A program made the translations under genes and the position numbers. This document shows, piece after piece, positions 44,734-56,786 of a stretch of DNA of 64,000 nucleotides. The stretch is taken from assembly GCA_049840735.1 (NCBI GenBank), contig JASGJN010000010.1, forward strand, positions 1 to 64,000, read 5' to 3'. The DNA is from Anaeromyxobacter sp. (lineage in GTDB: Bacteria > Myxococcota > Myxococcia > Myxococcales > Anaeromyxobacteraceae). Below the pieces are notes generated by a model that was not told the origin of the DNA, searched no databases, and saw nothing but the letters and a program-made list of their open reading frames with translations. The first letter of the stretch is position 1. The number at the start of each line of letters is the position of its first letter.

Positions 44734-45840
44734 CTACTTGCCCGACCCCAGGAACTGCTTGATGGAGGCGTAGATCGCGTCCTTGTCGGCGATCTCGGAG
44801 AGCGCCACGTTCTCGCGCGCGCCCACCGCCTCCTTGAGGTCCTTGATGAACTGCCCGGAGCCGTACGGGCTCTCCACCTGCCCGTAGCAGAAGAGGTTCA
44901 CCGCCGGCAGGATGCGCGACTGCAGGAGGTCCACGCAGAGCCGCGTGTCGTCCGCGCTCCAGTTGTCGCCGTCGGAGAAGTGGAACGGGTAGACGTTCCA
45001 GGAGGAGGGCGCGTAGTCGGTCTCGATCATCTCCAGCGCCAGCCGGTAGGCGCTGGAGATCATGGTGCCGCCCGACTCGCGGGTGTGGAAGAAGGTGTCG
45101 CGGTCGACCTCGCGCGCCACCGCGTCGTGGATGATGAAGCGGGTCTCGAGCCCCTTGTAGTGGCGCCGCAGCCAGGTGTCGATCCAGAAGGACTCGATGC
45201 GCACGATCTCCTTCTGCTCGTCCCCCATCGAGCCGGACACGTCCATCATGTAGATCACGACGGCGTTGGTCTCGGGCAGCGGCACCTGCTTCCAGGTGCG
45301 GTAGCGCCGGTCCTCGCGCACCGGGATGATGACCGGGTTCTTGCGGTTGTAGGAGCCGCTGGCGATCTGCCGCCGCAGCGCCTGCTTGTAGGTGCGCTTG
45401 AAGTGGCGCAGCGACTCCGGCCCGGAGGGCGAGATGCCGGTGTACTTGAGCCGGGTGGTGACGATGCGGTCCTTGCCGCGCGGCTGGATGCGCGGCAGGG
45501 CCAGCTCCTCGCCCATGATGTCGGCCAGCTCCTCCAGCGAGACGTCCACCTCGAGGATGTGCTGGCCCTCGCCCTGGCCCGCCTTGCCGCTGCCGGGCTG
45601 CGCCTCCGAGGGCGACAGCGGGTCGCCCGGGTCGCCCTCGCCCTGGCCCACGCCGCCCTGGCTCTTCTCGCCGTAGCGGAAGTGCGGGATGTCGATGGCG
45701 GGCACGGGGATGGTGATGAAGTCCTTCCCCTTCTTGCCGACCATCTCTCCCTTCTGGATGTACTTCTTGAGGTTCCGCTTGATGCGGCCGCGGACGATGT
45801 CGCGGAACCGGGCGTGGTCCTGCTTGATCTTGAGCGACAT
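44734..45840 (-). CDS. yeaH: YeaH/YhbH (DUF444) vWA-like protein
   Basis: [43 protein letters not shown]. Confidence 0.94.
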   Translation of the reverse strand: MSLKIKQDHARFRDIVRGRIKRNLKKYIQKGEMVGKKGKDFITIPVPAIDIPHFRYGEKSQGGVGQGEGDPGDPLSPSEAQPGSGKAGQGEGQHILEVDVSLEELADIMGEELALPRIQPRGKDRIVTTRLKYTGISPSGPESLRHFKRTYKQALRRQIASGSYNRKNPVIIPVREDRRYRTWKQVPLPETNAVVIYMMDVSGSMGDEQKEIVRIESFWIDTWLRRHYKGLETRFIIHDAVAREVDRDTFFHTRESGGTMISSAYRLALEMIETDYAPSSWNVYPFHFSDGDNWSADDTRLCVDLLQSRILPAVNLFCYGQVESPYGSGQFIKDLKEAVGARENVALSEIADKDAIYASIKQFLGSGK

Positions 45841-45884
45841 GCCGCGCGCCCCTGGTCTGGACCTTGCGGGCCCGGTGGAGTCCG

Positions 45885-47957
<2,073 letters not shown>

Positions 47958-48159
47958 CGTGCTCCTCGAAGTCGATCCGGCCGGCGTGGCCGGTGAAGGG
48001 AGCATAAGGACCAGCCAGGCGGGTTGCAGAGTCAGGCGACGCCCAGCCGTGACCCCGTGGGGTGTGACGGGCGGCTGGGGGCTGCTCGAATGGAGTGCGC
48101 GCGGGCGGGCGGACGGCCCAACCGCGGTCGTGACGAGCGACGCCGCGCGGCCCCAGGAC

Positions 48160-49198
48160 TCAGGGACGCGGGCGCTTGAAGTACTCGACCTGCCAGGTGT
48201 GCACGGCCGCGTTGTGGCAGGCCAGGTCCGGACAGAACACGTGCGACCCGTCGTTGCGCGACACGAAGTAGAGGTCGTTGCAGTCGGCCGGGGCCAGCGC
48301 CGCCTGCAGGGCGGCCGCCCCCGGGCTGGCGATGGGGCCGGGCGGGAGGCCGGCGGTCGTGTACGTGTTGTACGGGTGGGCCGCCATGAGGTCGGCGCGC
48401 GAGATGTTCCGCGACCAGCGGCCGGTGCGCAGCATGGTCGCGTACATCACGGTGGGATCGGTCTGGAGCCGCATCCCGGTGCGGAGCCGGTTGTGGAACA
48501 CGCAGGCGATCCGCGGCCGCTCCTCCGGGCGCCCCGTCTCCTTCTCCACGATCGAGGCCAGCGTGACCGCCGGCCCGATCCCCAGCAGCACGCCGTCCTT
48601 CCGCTGCGCCTCGGCCCTGGCCCACTCGGCCTTGAACCGCTGCACCATCGCCACGGCGATGGCCCTGGCGTTCACGCCGCGCGGGAAGGCGTAGGTGTCG
48701 GGGAAGAGGAAGCCCTCCAGCGAGTCGTAGGGCAGGTCGAGCGACCGGGCGACCTCGGGGTCGCGCGCCACGGCCAGGAACTCCGCGCCGCTCGCCAGCC
48801 CGCTCTGGTCGATGATGGCCGCGATTCTCGTCGGCCCGCAGCCCCTCCGGCACGGTGAACTTGTAGACCTTCACCAGCCCGAGGTGGACGCGCTCCAGCG
48901 CCTCGTCCGGCGTGAGGCCGCCGCTGAACGCGTACTCGCCGGAGCGGAAGGGGCGGGGGTCGCGCTTCACGAACCGGAAATAGAGCCAGGCCCGGCGCTC
49001 CTCCGAGAGGACGCCCGCCTGGGCGAGCGCGCGGATCACCGCCCGCCCCGACGCGCCGGGCGGGATGACCACGACCTTCTCCTCGGGGCCGCCGTAGCGC
49101 GCGTGGCGGAACCCGGAGACCGAGCGCCAGGCCAGGAAGCCCACGGCGCCCGCCCCCGCGAGGAGCAGGACCAGGAGGATGAGCAGGGCGCGCTTCAC
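48160..49198 (-). CDS. mltG: Endolytic transglycosylase MltG; +1 frameshift at about 48825
   Basis: [26 protein letters not shown]...[13 protein letters not shown]...GLPPGPI. Confidence 0.95.
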
Positions 49199-49608
49199 GG
49201 CGTGCCTCGGTCCAGCCAGCCCTGCAGGATCACCGCCGCTGCCTCCGCGTCCACCATGCCCCTGGCATCCTTCGACGAAATCCCCCGGTCGCGCAAGCGG
49301 GTCTCCGCCTCGAAGGAGGAGAGCCGCTCGTCGTACAGCTCCACCGGCACGCCCAGCGCCGCCTCCAGGCGCGGCGCAAACGCGCGGGCGTAGCGGGCCG
49401 AAGGCCCTTCGCTCCCGTCCATGTTGAGCGGCAGGCCCAGCACGGCGCGCGTGACCTCGTAGTCCCTGGCGACGGCGGCGATGGCCTCCAGGTCCTGCCG
49501 CTCGTTGCGGCGGGTCACGGTGGTGACGGCGCGGGCGGTCCGCAGCACCTCGTCGGCCACGGCGAGGCCGATCCGGACCCGTCCCAGGTCGACTCCGAGC
49601 GTGCGCAT
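49195..49608 (-). CDS. ruvX: YqgF/RuvX family nuclease
   Basis: LGVDLG..RIGLAVAD, GLPLNMDG, DERLSS, VDAEAAAVILQ. Confidence 0.95.
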   Translation of the reverse strand: MRTLGVDLGRVRIGLAVADEVLRTARAVTTVTRRNERQDLEAIAAVARDYEVTRAVLGLPLNMDGSEGPSARYARAFAPRLEAALGVPVELYDERLSSFEAETRLRDRGISSKDARGMVDAEAAAVILQGWLDRGTP

Positions 49609-49654
49609 GGCGGTGGAATCTAGACCAGGCGCGGTGCGTCGTCGAACGCCGCAT

Positions 49655-49690
49655 GGTCCGTGCGACGGACCATGGTCCGCGGCGCGGACC
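49655..49690. promoter_or_regulatory. Two tandem perfect palindromes GGTCCG-N5-CGGACC (candidate activator sites)
   Basis: 49655-49671 and 49674-49690, identical arms, different spacers. Confidence 0.7.
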
Positions 49691-49731
49691 CTCGCGGCGG
49701 GGCCTGATGCCGCCTGGCGCGGGTTTGGCGC

Positions 49732-49747
49732 TGGCACGGCGCGCGCT
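49732..49747 (+). promoter_or_regulatory. Candidate sigma-54 (-24/-12) promoter
   Basis: TGGCACG-N4-GCGCT with exact GG-N10-GC spacing; GGAGGA and ATG 49806 downstream. Confidence 0.6.
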
Positions 49748-49805
49748 CTGGGAGGTGGGCAACCGAGCCGGGGCTTCCCCGGCCGCTCCACGGAGGAAAC
49801 CCGCC

Positions 49806-50708
49806 ATGATCTCCCCCGCCTGCACCCCGGCCACCGGCCCGTCCTTCGAGCCGCTGGCCGCCCAGTCCGCCACCGCCAGCGCCCTGCACGCCGGCGCGGA
49901 TCGCCTGCTGGCGCTCCCCGCCGGGCGCTCCCCGCTGACCGCCGCGCCCGCCCAGGCGTACGCGGCGCGGACCGCCCGCCGGACCATGCTCGGCTACGCC
50001 AGCGCGCCGGCCCCCGCCACCCGGCCCAGGACCACCACCACCAAGAAGACCACCACGTCGAAGGGGGCGCTGGCCTTCCTCGACGACAAGACGCTCACGG
50101 TCGAGGAGAAGCTCTTCCGGTTCCTCCTCTACGTGGCCGACAAGTACGACAAGGCCATCGAGAAGAAGCTGGACGAGATCTCGGGGAAGTCGAAGGCCAA
50201 GACCACCTCCACGTCGGGCTCGAGCGGCACCAAGAAGAGCAAGAAGAAGGGGCTCTTCGGCTCCCTGGCGGGCTCGCTGGGCAAGGCGCTCAGCGTCGTG
50301 ACGCCGCTGGTCGGGCTGCCGCTCAAGCTGCTGGGCGACAAGGGGGTCATGTCGCTCGTGAAGCAGGTGAGCGGGCCGGTGCTGGCGGCTGGCGCCACCG
50401 CGCTCGGGATGCCCATGCTGGCGCCGGTGCTCGCGAAGGCCGGGCCGGAGCTGCTGGCGGGGGCGGCGAGCGCCCTGGAGAAGCTGACGGGAGGCTCTGG
50501 CGGCTCGTCGTCCGGGTCTTCCTCCGGCTCGTCCTCCTCGGGCACGAGCAAGAGCAGCAGCGCCTCGGAGCCGGACGTGTCGCAGAAGGACACGCTCGAG
50601 CTGCAGCGGCTCCAGGACAAGCAGAAGGAGATGTTCTCGCTGGTCTCCAACCTGCTCCGCTCCATGCACGACACGCGCATGGCGGTCATCTCCAACATCC
50701 GCTCCTGA
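49806..50708 (+). CDS. Hypothetical protein with T3SS needle/tip-filament-like C-terminal helix and hydrophobic core
   Basis: Low-complexity N-terminus, amphipathic/hydrophobic middle, Ser/Gly linker, C-terminus ELQRLQDKQKEMFSLVSNLLRSMHDTRMAVISNIRS. Confidence 0.75.
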   Translation: MISPACTPATGPSFEPLAAQSATASALHAGADRLLALPAGRSPLTAAPAQAYAARTARRTMLGYASAPAPATRPRTTTTKKTTTSKGALAFLDDKTLTVEEKLFRFLLYVADKYDKAIEKKLDEISGKSKAKTTSTSGSSGTKKSKKKGLFGSLAGSLGKALSVVTPLVGLPLKLLGDKGVMSLVKQVSGPVLAAGATALGMPMLAPVLAKAGPELLAGAASALEKLTGGSGGSSSGSSSGSSSSGTSKSSSASEPDVSQKDTLELQRLQDKQKEMFSLVSNLLRSMHDTRMAVISNIRS

Positions 50709-50716
50709 GGCGCGCC

Positions 50717-51214
50717 ATGGCCGACACGGAGCTGGAGCTCGAGGGCGTGGACGAGGTGGAGCGAGCGGTCGAAGGGGAGGGGGCGGACGACGGGCTGGAT
50801 GGCGACGAGCGCGCGGCGCTGGCGGGCGGGGCGACGCTGGCCGAGGTCCATGGGCTCACGGCCGAGCTGGGGGGCGCCATCCTCGACCTGGCCGAGGCAG
50901 AGCTGCGCGCCGGGCGGCTGGAGCAGGCCCGGACGCTGCTGGAGGGGCTGGTGGTTTCGAATCCTTTCGATGGCCACGCCTGGGGTCTTCTTTCGAGCAC
51001 CCACCGGAGGCTGGGGCAGCCGCTGGCGGCGCGCTTCTGCGCCGAGGTCGCAGTGAAGCTCGTTCCGGAGGACCCCTGGGCCCGGCTGGCCAGGGTCGAG
51101 AGCTGCCTGGCGATGGGCCAGGGGGAGGAGGCGCGGGCGGAGCTGTGTGCGCTCACAGACGACACGGAGGTCGGCGGCCGCGCGCGCATGCTCGCCGGAG
51201 CGCTCTCACGGTGA
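50717..51214 (+). CDS. TPR protein resembling SycD/LcrH class II T3SS chaperones
   Basis: 165 aa, acidic; TLAEVHGLT...[23 protein letters not shown], second repeat [10 protein letters not shown]. Confidence 0.72.
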   Translation: MADTELELEGVDEVERAVEGEGADDGLDGDERAALAGGATLAEVHGLTAELGGAILDLAEAELRAGRLEQARTLLEGLVVSNPFDGHAWGLLSSTHRRLGQPLAARFCAEVAVKLVPEDPWARLARVESCLAMGQGEEARAELCALTDDTEVGGRARMLAGALSR

Positions 51215-51269
51215 ACGCCGAGGGCCCGAAACCCGCCGCCAAACGGGTGAAATCGCCAACGCGACGTCC

Positions 51270-51298
51270 TTGACGGCTCTATTCCGTTTCGGGATAGT
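51270..51298 (+). promoter_or_regulatory. Possible sigma-70 promoter of the cold-shock gene
   Basis: TTGACG-N17-GATAGT. Confidence 0.5.
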
Positions 51299-51377
51299 CC
51301 GCCGCCGAGCCCAGGGTCCGTGCCCCGAGGCTCCAGGGGCCGGCGGTCGGCCCAGGGAACGAAGAAGGAAGCGTGCG

Positions 51378-51578
51378 ATGGCTATCGGCACCGTGAAGTG
51401 GTTCAACGACGCGAAGGGCTTCGGCTTCATCTCGCAGGATGGCGGCGAGGACGTGTTCGTCCACCACACCGCCATCCAGATGGATGGGTTCCGCACCCTG
51501 AAGGAGGGTGAGCAGGTGCAGTTCGACATCACCCAGGGCCCCAAGGGGCTTCAGGCGGCGAACGTCCGCCGTCCGTAG
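51378..51578 (+). CDS. cspA: Cold-shock protein (CspA family)
   Basis: [31 protein letters not shown]. Confidence 0.97.
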   Translation: MAIGTVKWFNDAKGFGFISQDGGEDVFVHHTAIQMDGFRTLKEGEQVQFDITQGPKGLQAANVRRP

Positions 51579-51746
51579 TAACTTCGGTCCGTCGATGAGC
51601 ACCGGGCGGCCTCGGAACCAACCGAGGCCGCTCGCGCTTCGAGCGGGTCCGGCGTGGCGCGCCGGACGGACGGTTCCCTCCAGACGACGAGGCCAGCGGC
51701 TCCGCACGGACGGAGCCGGAGCGCGACACCAAGTGGAAAGGCAAGG

Positions 51747-51968
51747 ATGAGCGAGAAGGAAGCAGGCATCGAGGTACAGGGCACCGTCGAGGAGGCGCTC
51801 GCGGGCGGCATGTACCGCGTGAAGGTGGACCAGGGCCCGGTGGTCCTGGCCTACGCCTCGGGCAAGATGAAGAAGTTCCACATCCGCATCATCCCGGGCG
51901 ACCGGGTGAAGCTCGAGCTGTCGCCGTACGACCTGACGCGCGGCCGCATCACCTACCGCGACAAGTGA
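51747..51968 (+). CDS. infA: Translation initiation factor IF-1
   Basis: [42 protein letters not shown]. Confidence 0.97.
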   Translation: MSEKEAGIEVQGTVEEALAGGMYRVKVDQGPVVLAYASGKMKKFHIRIIPGDRVKLELSPYDLTRGRITYRDK

Positions 51969-52083
51969 GCTGCGGCCCCGCCTGCCCCACGACTCCGCCG
52001 CCGGCCCCAGGCCGGCGGCTGCGCTCGGGGCAGATGGGCCCGCGGGCTCCCTCGGCTCCGTTCGCCCGGGCCGGCGAGTCTCC

Positions 52084-53250
52084 ATGACCTCGACGGTCCG
52101 CGCGCTGGATCCCGCCGGGAGCGCCGCACCTCCCCGCCGGAAGCTCTGGCTCGACTGGCAGCGCGGCCTGGCCGTGCTGTTCATGGTCGAGGTGCATGTC
52201 CTCGACGCGTGGCTGGCGGTCTCCGAGCGCAGCGGCGTCACCTACGACGTCCTCCGGATGATCGGCGGCTTCGCCGCGCCCGGCTTCCTCTACATGGCCG
52301 GGCTCTCCCAGGCGCTGGCCGACGCGGCCATGGCGCGCAAGGGCGCCACCCCGCGCCAGCGCCTGCTGGCGGCGCTGCGCCGGGGGCTCTGGCTCTTGGG
52401 CGTGGCCTACGCGTTCCGGCTCACCGAGTTCCTCTTCGGCCGCGCCTTCCTCCGCCCGGACGGCTGGCGCGACCTGTTCCGGGTCGACATCCTGAACATC
52501 ATCGCGGTGGGGCTGCTGCTCTCGGCCCTGCTCACCGCCGGCCGCCGGCGCGGGCTGGCCACCGCGCTGGCCGCGGCGGGGGCGGCGCTGGTGGTGCTGG
52601 TCACCCCGCCCATCGCCGACGCGCTCAGGCACTACGACCTGCCCAGCGCCACGCGCCTGGTCGAGCCGCCCATCCTCCAGGCCCCCAACCACGCCGCCGA
52701 CGTCCTGCTGGCCTACCTGTACGGCCGCTACCCGCGCGCCATCTTCTCCATCTTCAACTGGACCGCCTTCCTGCTGGCCGGCGCGGCCCTGGCGCCGCTG
52801 GCGCTGCGCGGCGTGCGGGCCATCACGTGGCTCGGGGCCGCCGCGCTGCTGGCGGGCGCGGGCCTGCTGGTCGACCGCGGCCCGGACTTCTACGCCCTCC
52901 AGGACTACTGGCACACCTCGCCCGCCTGGTTCCTGCTGCGGCTGGGCGGCTGCGTGGCCCTGAGCGGCCTGCTGCAGCTCTTGCCCGCCGCCGCGGAGCG
53001 CGCGCTGGGCTGGCTCACGCAGCTCGGGCGGGAGTCGCTGGTGGCCTACCTGGTGTCGGTCGAGCTGACCTACGGCGTGCTGGTCCACTCGCTCTCGCGC
53101 CGCCTCTCGATGGCCTGGACGCTGGCCGGGATGGTGGCCATGGCCGCGTTCACCTGGGTCGCCGTGGTGGCCTGGGCGCGGCTCCTGGCGCTGTGGCGGG
53201 CCCGCGGCGCGGCGCGCGGCGGCGGAGCGTCGCCGCCCGCGGTGGCGTGA
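52084..53250 (+). CDS. Membrane acyltransferase-like protein (DUF1624/HGSNAT-like)
   Basis: LDWQRGLAVLFMVEVH, AAPGFLYMAG, DILNII, LGRESL.AY; many TM segments. Confidence 0.8.
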   Translation: MTSTVRALDPAGSAAPPRRKLWLDWQRGLAVLFMVEVHVLDAWLAVSERSGVTYDVLRMIGGFAAPGFLYMAGLSQALADAAMARKGATPRQRLLAALRRGLWLLGVAYAFRLTEFLFGRAFLRPDGWRDLFRVDILNIIAVGLLLSALLTAGRRRGLATALAAAGAALVVLVTPPIADALRHYDLPSATRLVEPPILQAPNHAADVLLAYLYGRYPRAIFSIFNWTAFLLAGAALAPLALRGVRAITWLGAAALLAGAGLLVDRGPDFYALQDYWHTSPAWFLLRLGGCVALSGLLQLLPAAAERALGWLTQLGRESLVAYLVSVELTYGVLVHSLSRRLSMAWTLAGMVAMAAFTWVAVVAWARLLALWRARGAARGGGASPPAVA

Positions 53251-53270
53251 GCGGAGCCCGCGGCCCGCCG

Positions 53271-55313
53271 CTAGCGGTCCTCGCCCTCCAGCCCCTCCGC
53301 CTCTCCCGGCTCCTCCGTCCCGGGCGGCACCGCCGCGGACGGGCTCGCGAACACCAGCCGCTGCGCCAGCGCCGCCTCGAGCTCCTCCGGCGTGAGCGAC
53401 CCCTGCTCCGCCATGCGACCCAGCAGCCGGTCCACCCGCGCGTCCCAGGTCTCGGTGGTCGCGCCGCGGTTCCACATGAAGTGGAAGCGCACCGGGTTCG
53501 GGATCACCGTCGCCAGGAAGGCCGCCTCCCTCGGCGTGAGCTGCCGGGCGTCCTTCCCGAACCAGTGGCGCGCCGCCGGCCCGATGCCCCACAGCCCCGG
53601 CCCCCACTCCACCACGTTCAGGTAGATCTCCATCAGCCGGCCCTTCGGGACGCTGGCCTCCAGGCCGATGGTGATCACCGCCTCCCGCACCTTGCGGGCC
53701 AGCGTGCGCGAGCGGGTCAGGTAGAGGTTCTTGGCCAGCTGCTGCGTGATGGTCGAGCCGCCCCGCATCCGCGTCCGCTTGCCGTCCTGCCCCTCCGCCA
53801 CCGCGTTGCGCAGCTCCTCGAAGTCGAAGCCCTGGTGGCCGAAGAAGCCGCCGTCCTCGCTGGCGGTGACGGCGCGCACCACGTACCCGGGCAGCTCGGC
53901 CACCGGCACGAAGTCGCCGCTCGCCGGGCCGACGGTCAGCACCGGGGCCGCGCCGGTGTCGAGGGTGGGGCGGTGCTGGAAGCTGCCGCGGAGCGCCACG
54001 GCCGGCGCCTTGCGGGCGGCCTCGCGCATGCGCGAGAGGTCGATGGCCGCGTCCACGGTCCAGGCGCCCGGGACCTGCAGCGGGCCAGAGAGGCCCAGGT
54101 GCGCGTCGAAGGTGCCGGCCGGCCGGGGCGCCTGCGGCGGCGGCGCCAGCGCGCCGGGCAGCGCGCCCACCACCGCGGCGTAGTCCACGCCGTCGGCCCG
54201 GGCCGAGAAGGAGAAGGGGAGGCCGGGGCCGAGCCGGGCCTCGCCCTCGAGCTGCACCGCCGCCCCCAGCGTGCTGGCGCGGCCGCCGGTGAGGGAGACG
54301 CGCTGCTCGGCGCGATCCCAGCGGAGCCGGCCTTCGAGCGCACCGGCGAGCGGTCCGACCGGCGTGGGCGCGATGGCGTCCCCCTCGACCGTGAGCCCCG
54401 TGAGCGAGGCGGTGAGGTGTCCGTCGGCGGTGGCCAGGTCGGGCGCGGCGTCGCCGTGCGCGGCCAGCTCCAGGGTGCCGCCAATCCAGGCCACCGGGAT
54501 CGGCCCGCGCCCCGGGGTGCCGCTCCAGCTGGCGGCGTCGATGGGGGGGCGACCCGCGGCCAGCGCCGGTGGCTCAGCCTGCGGGCGCGCCTGGAGCAGC
54601 CCCGGCCCGAGGCCGGACAGCCGCAGGGTGCCGTGCCAGCCGGTCCGATCGCGCCGCAGCTCCAGCGCGCCGCTGCCGTCGTCCGGCAGCTGCAGATCCA
54701 GCTCCAGCTGGCTCCCCTCGCCGCTGCGCGCGCGGCGCAGCAGCAGGTGGATGGGGCCGGTCTCCCAGTCCCTCCCGGCGGCGTGGAAGGCGACCACCAG
54801 GTTGCGCACCAGGATGGGCGCGGCCGCGCCCTCCTCCTCCTCCGCGGCGGCCGCCTCCACGCCGGGCGCAGGCGGCCCGGACGGCTTGCGGGCCGGGCGG
54901 CGCAGCCGCTGCCCCAGCTCGCGCAGGACGTGCTCGCGGTCCGGCAGCTCCAGCCGCACGCCGTAGAGGCGCACCGAGGCCGGCTCCACCCGGGCCATCA
55001 GCAGGGACCAGAGCCGCGGACGGACCCGGACCCGCTCGATGCGCAGCAGCGGGGCGTCGGCCGGGCGCGACCCGGCCAGCACCACCGGCCCGAACGTGAC
55101 GCGGAGCAGGGGGTCCACGTGGACCTCCTGCCCGACCGTCACCTCGCCCAGCAGCCGCGCGCGTAGCGCGGACTCGATCTTCCCCCGCAGGGTGGCCTGA
55201 ACCCCGTCCCGCGAGAGGACCAGCAGGAGGCCCGCGTAAAGCGCCACCAGCACGCCCAGGACCTGCGCCAGGGCGCGCACTCGTCGGCGGGCAGGGGAGC
55301 GGGGAGGGGCCAT
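53271..55313 (-). CDS. Monofunctional peptidoglycan glycosyltransferase (GT51) with long N-terminal region
   Basis: SEDGGFFGHQGFD, RGGSTITQQLAKNLYL, RKVRE, YLNVVEWG; no transpeptidase motifs seen. Confidence 0.9.
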   Translation of the reverse strand: MAPPRSPARRRVRALAQVLGVLVALYAGLLLVLSRDGVQATLRGKIESALRARLLGEVTVGQEVHVDPLLRVTFGPVVLAGSRPADAPLLRIERVRVRPRLWSLLMARVEPASVRLYGVRLELPDREHVLRELGQRLRRPARKPSGPPAPGVEAAAAEEEEGAAAPILVRNLVVAFHAAGRDWETGPIHLLLRRARSGEGSQLELDLQLPDDGSGALELRRDRTGWHGTLRLSGLGPGLLQARPQAEPPALAAGRPPIDAASWSGTPGRGPIPVAWIGGTLELAAHGDAAPDLATADGHLTASLTGLTVEGDAIAPTPVGPLAGALEGRLRWDRAEQRVSLTGGRASTLGAAVQLEGEARLGPGLPFSFSARADGVDYAAVVGALPGALAPPPQAPRPAGTFDAHLGLSGPLQVPGAWTVDAAIDLSRMREAARKAPAVALRGSFQHRPTLDTGAAPVLTVGPASGDFVPVAELPGYVVRAVTASEDGGFFGHQGFDFEELRNAVAEGQDGKRTRMRGGSTITQQLAKNLYLTRSRTLARKVREAVITIGLEASVPKGRLMEIYLNVVEWGPGLWGIGPAARHWFGKDARQLTPREAAFLATVIPNPVRFHFMWNRGATTETWDARVDRLLGRMAEQGSLTPEELEAALAQRLVFASPSAAVPPGTEEPGEAEGLEGEDR

Positions 55314-55434
55314 GGGGCGCGGCGCTCAATACAGGCCCTGCGGCGGGAGATCAACCGGGTCGGGCGTCCGCCGGGGGGCTGTCGAGCACTCGAGGGGATG
55401 AAACTGGCGACAGGGCTGTTATCCTCCCTTGAAC

Positions 55435-56715
55435 ATGGCTTTTCTTGGTCCCAGCCTGCGGCGCCGGAAGGTCTCGGAGCGCCCTGCGGCACGGTCGCTC
55501 ACGGCCGTGCTGGTCTCGCTGGCGATCAACGCCGCGGTGCTGCTGATCCTGTTCGCTGCCGGCGCCTTCGATCCGGTCGAGCCCAAGAAGGTGAAGCAGG
55601 TCACCCTGGCGCCGCTCACCAGCGCCCAGTGGGAGGCCAACCGGGCCATCAGCGGCGCTCCCCGACCCCCATCCACCACGGCGCCGCCGCTCCTCCCCAA
55701 GGAGCTGGCCAAGGTGGTGCCGCCCCCCCCGCCGCCGCCCGAGAAGAAGCAGGGCGGGCAGATCGTCCAGGTGGCGCCGTCCAAGGACTCGAAGAAGCCG
55801 GACAGCGCGCGCTACCTCTCCGACCGCGACAACTCGGTGGAGAAGGAGACCGTCTCGCGCTGGCAGGGCAGCCAGTACTACGAGAACGTCCTCCCGTCCC
55901 CCAGCGACGGCGTCCACAAGAAGCTCCCGCCGGCGGCCGAGGCCAAGGGCGAGGGCGGCAAGGGCGCCGAGAGCCACGAGGGCAAGGAGGGCGACGTCCA
56001 GCGCGGCACCGGCGCCGACAAGCTGCAGCTGCCCAAGCAGGCGGTGCAGGACAAGCTCGCGCTCGAGCGCGGAACCAACGGTGACCGGCCGGGCGAGGTG
56101 ACGGTGGCGCCCAAGGAGGACCGCGACCACGTGGCCGGCGCCGGCGACCAGCTGGCGCTGCCCGGGTCCGCCGAGGCCGGCGGCGGCGCGAAGAAGCAGG
56201 GCTCCATGGACGCCCGGCTGCTGCCCGACATGCGGACCATGGAGCGGATCGCCGGCGGCCCGTCGATGGACCGGATCGACGGCGTCGAGACCGGCGACGT
56301 CACGGCCCTCAACACGCGCGGCTTCAAGTACGCCACCTACATCAACCGGATGATGGACCCCATCGCCAAGGAGTGGCAGCGCCGCGCGCGCGAGGCCTAC
56401 CTGGCGCGCGATCCGGACGGCACCGTCTACCCGATCCAGGACCGGACCAACGCCGTGATGGTGGAGCTGAACGCCGACGGCAGCGTGGCCTCCATCCACT
56501 TCCTGCAGCGCTGCGGCCTGGACTTCCTCGACCGCACCGTGACCGACGCGGTCAACGCGGCCGGTCCGTTCCCCAACCCGCCGCCGGGGCTGGCCGATCC
56601 GGACGGGAAGATCCGCATCGCCTTCTCGACCACCTTCATGCCCGCCCGCCCCAGCATGCGCGCGCTGCCGCCGCCGGGCTGGTCGCGCCAGGGACAGCAG
56701 CCGTATCCGCAGTAG
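55435..56715 (+). CDS. TonB-family protein (TM anchor, Pro-rich linker, TonB_C-like domain)
   Basis: VLVSLAINAAVLLIL anchor; LNADGSV...CGLDFLD...AVNAAGPFPNPP. Confidence 0.8.
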   Translation: MAFLGPSLRRRKVSERPAARSLTAVLVSLAINAAVLLILFAAGAFDPVEPKKVKQVTLAPLTSAQWEANRAISGAPRPPSTTAPPLLPKELAKVVPPPPPPPEKKQGGQIVQVAPSKDSKKPDSARYLSDRDNSVEKETVSRWQGSQYYENVLPSPSDGVHKKLPPAAEAKGEGGKGAESHEGKEGDVQRGTGADKLQLPKQAVQDKLALERGTNGDRPGEVTVAPKEDRDHVAGAGDQLALPGSAEAGGGAKKQGSMDARLLPDMRTMERIAGGPSMDRIDGVETGDVTALNTRGFKYATYINRMMDPIAKEWQRRAREAYLARDPDGTVYPIQDRTNAVMVELNADGSVASIHFLQRCGLDFLDRTVTDAVNAAGPFPNPPPGLADPDGKIRIAFSTTFMPARPSMRALPPPGWSRQGQQPYPQ

Positions 56716-56730
56716 CGGCGGGGCTGGGGC

Positions 56731-56780
56731 GCCCTTCGACTCCGCCCGCCCTGCGCTTGCCGAAGGGTCAGGGCGAACGG
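56731..56780 (-). repeat. REP-like intergenic element, copy 4
   Basis: Minus strand CCGTTCGCCCTGA...GGCGGAGTCGAAGGGC, between convergent genes. Confidence 0.65.
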
Positions 56781-56786
56781 CCGTCA

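Noticed and set aside
48001..48020. Sigma-54 promoter upstream of prkA
   Set aside because: TGGC...TGC spacing is GG-N11-GC rather than the required N10.
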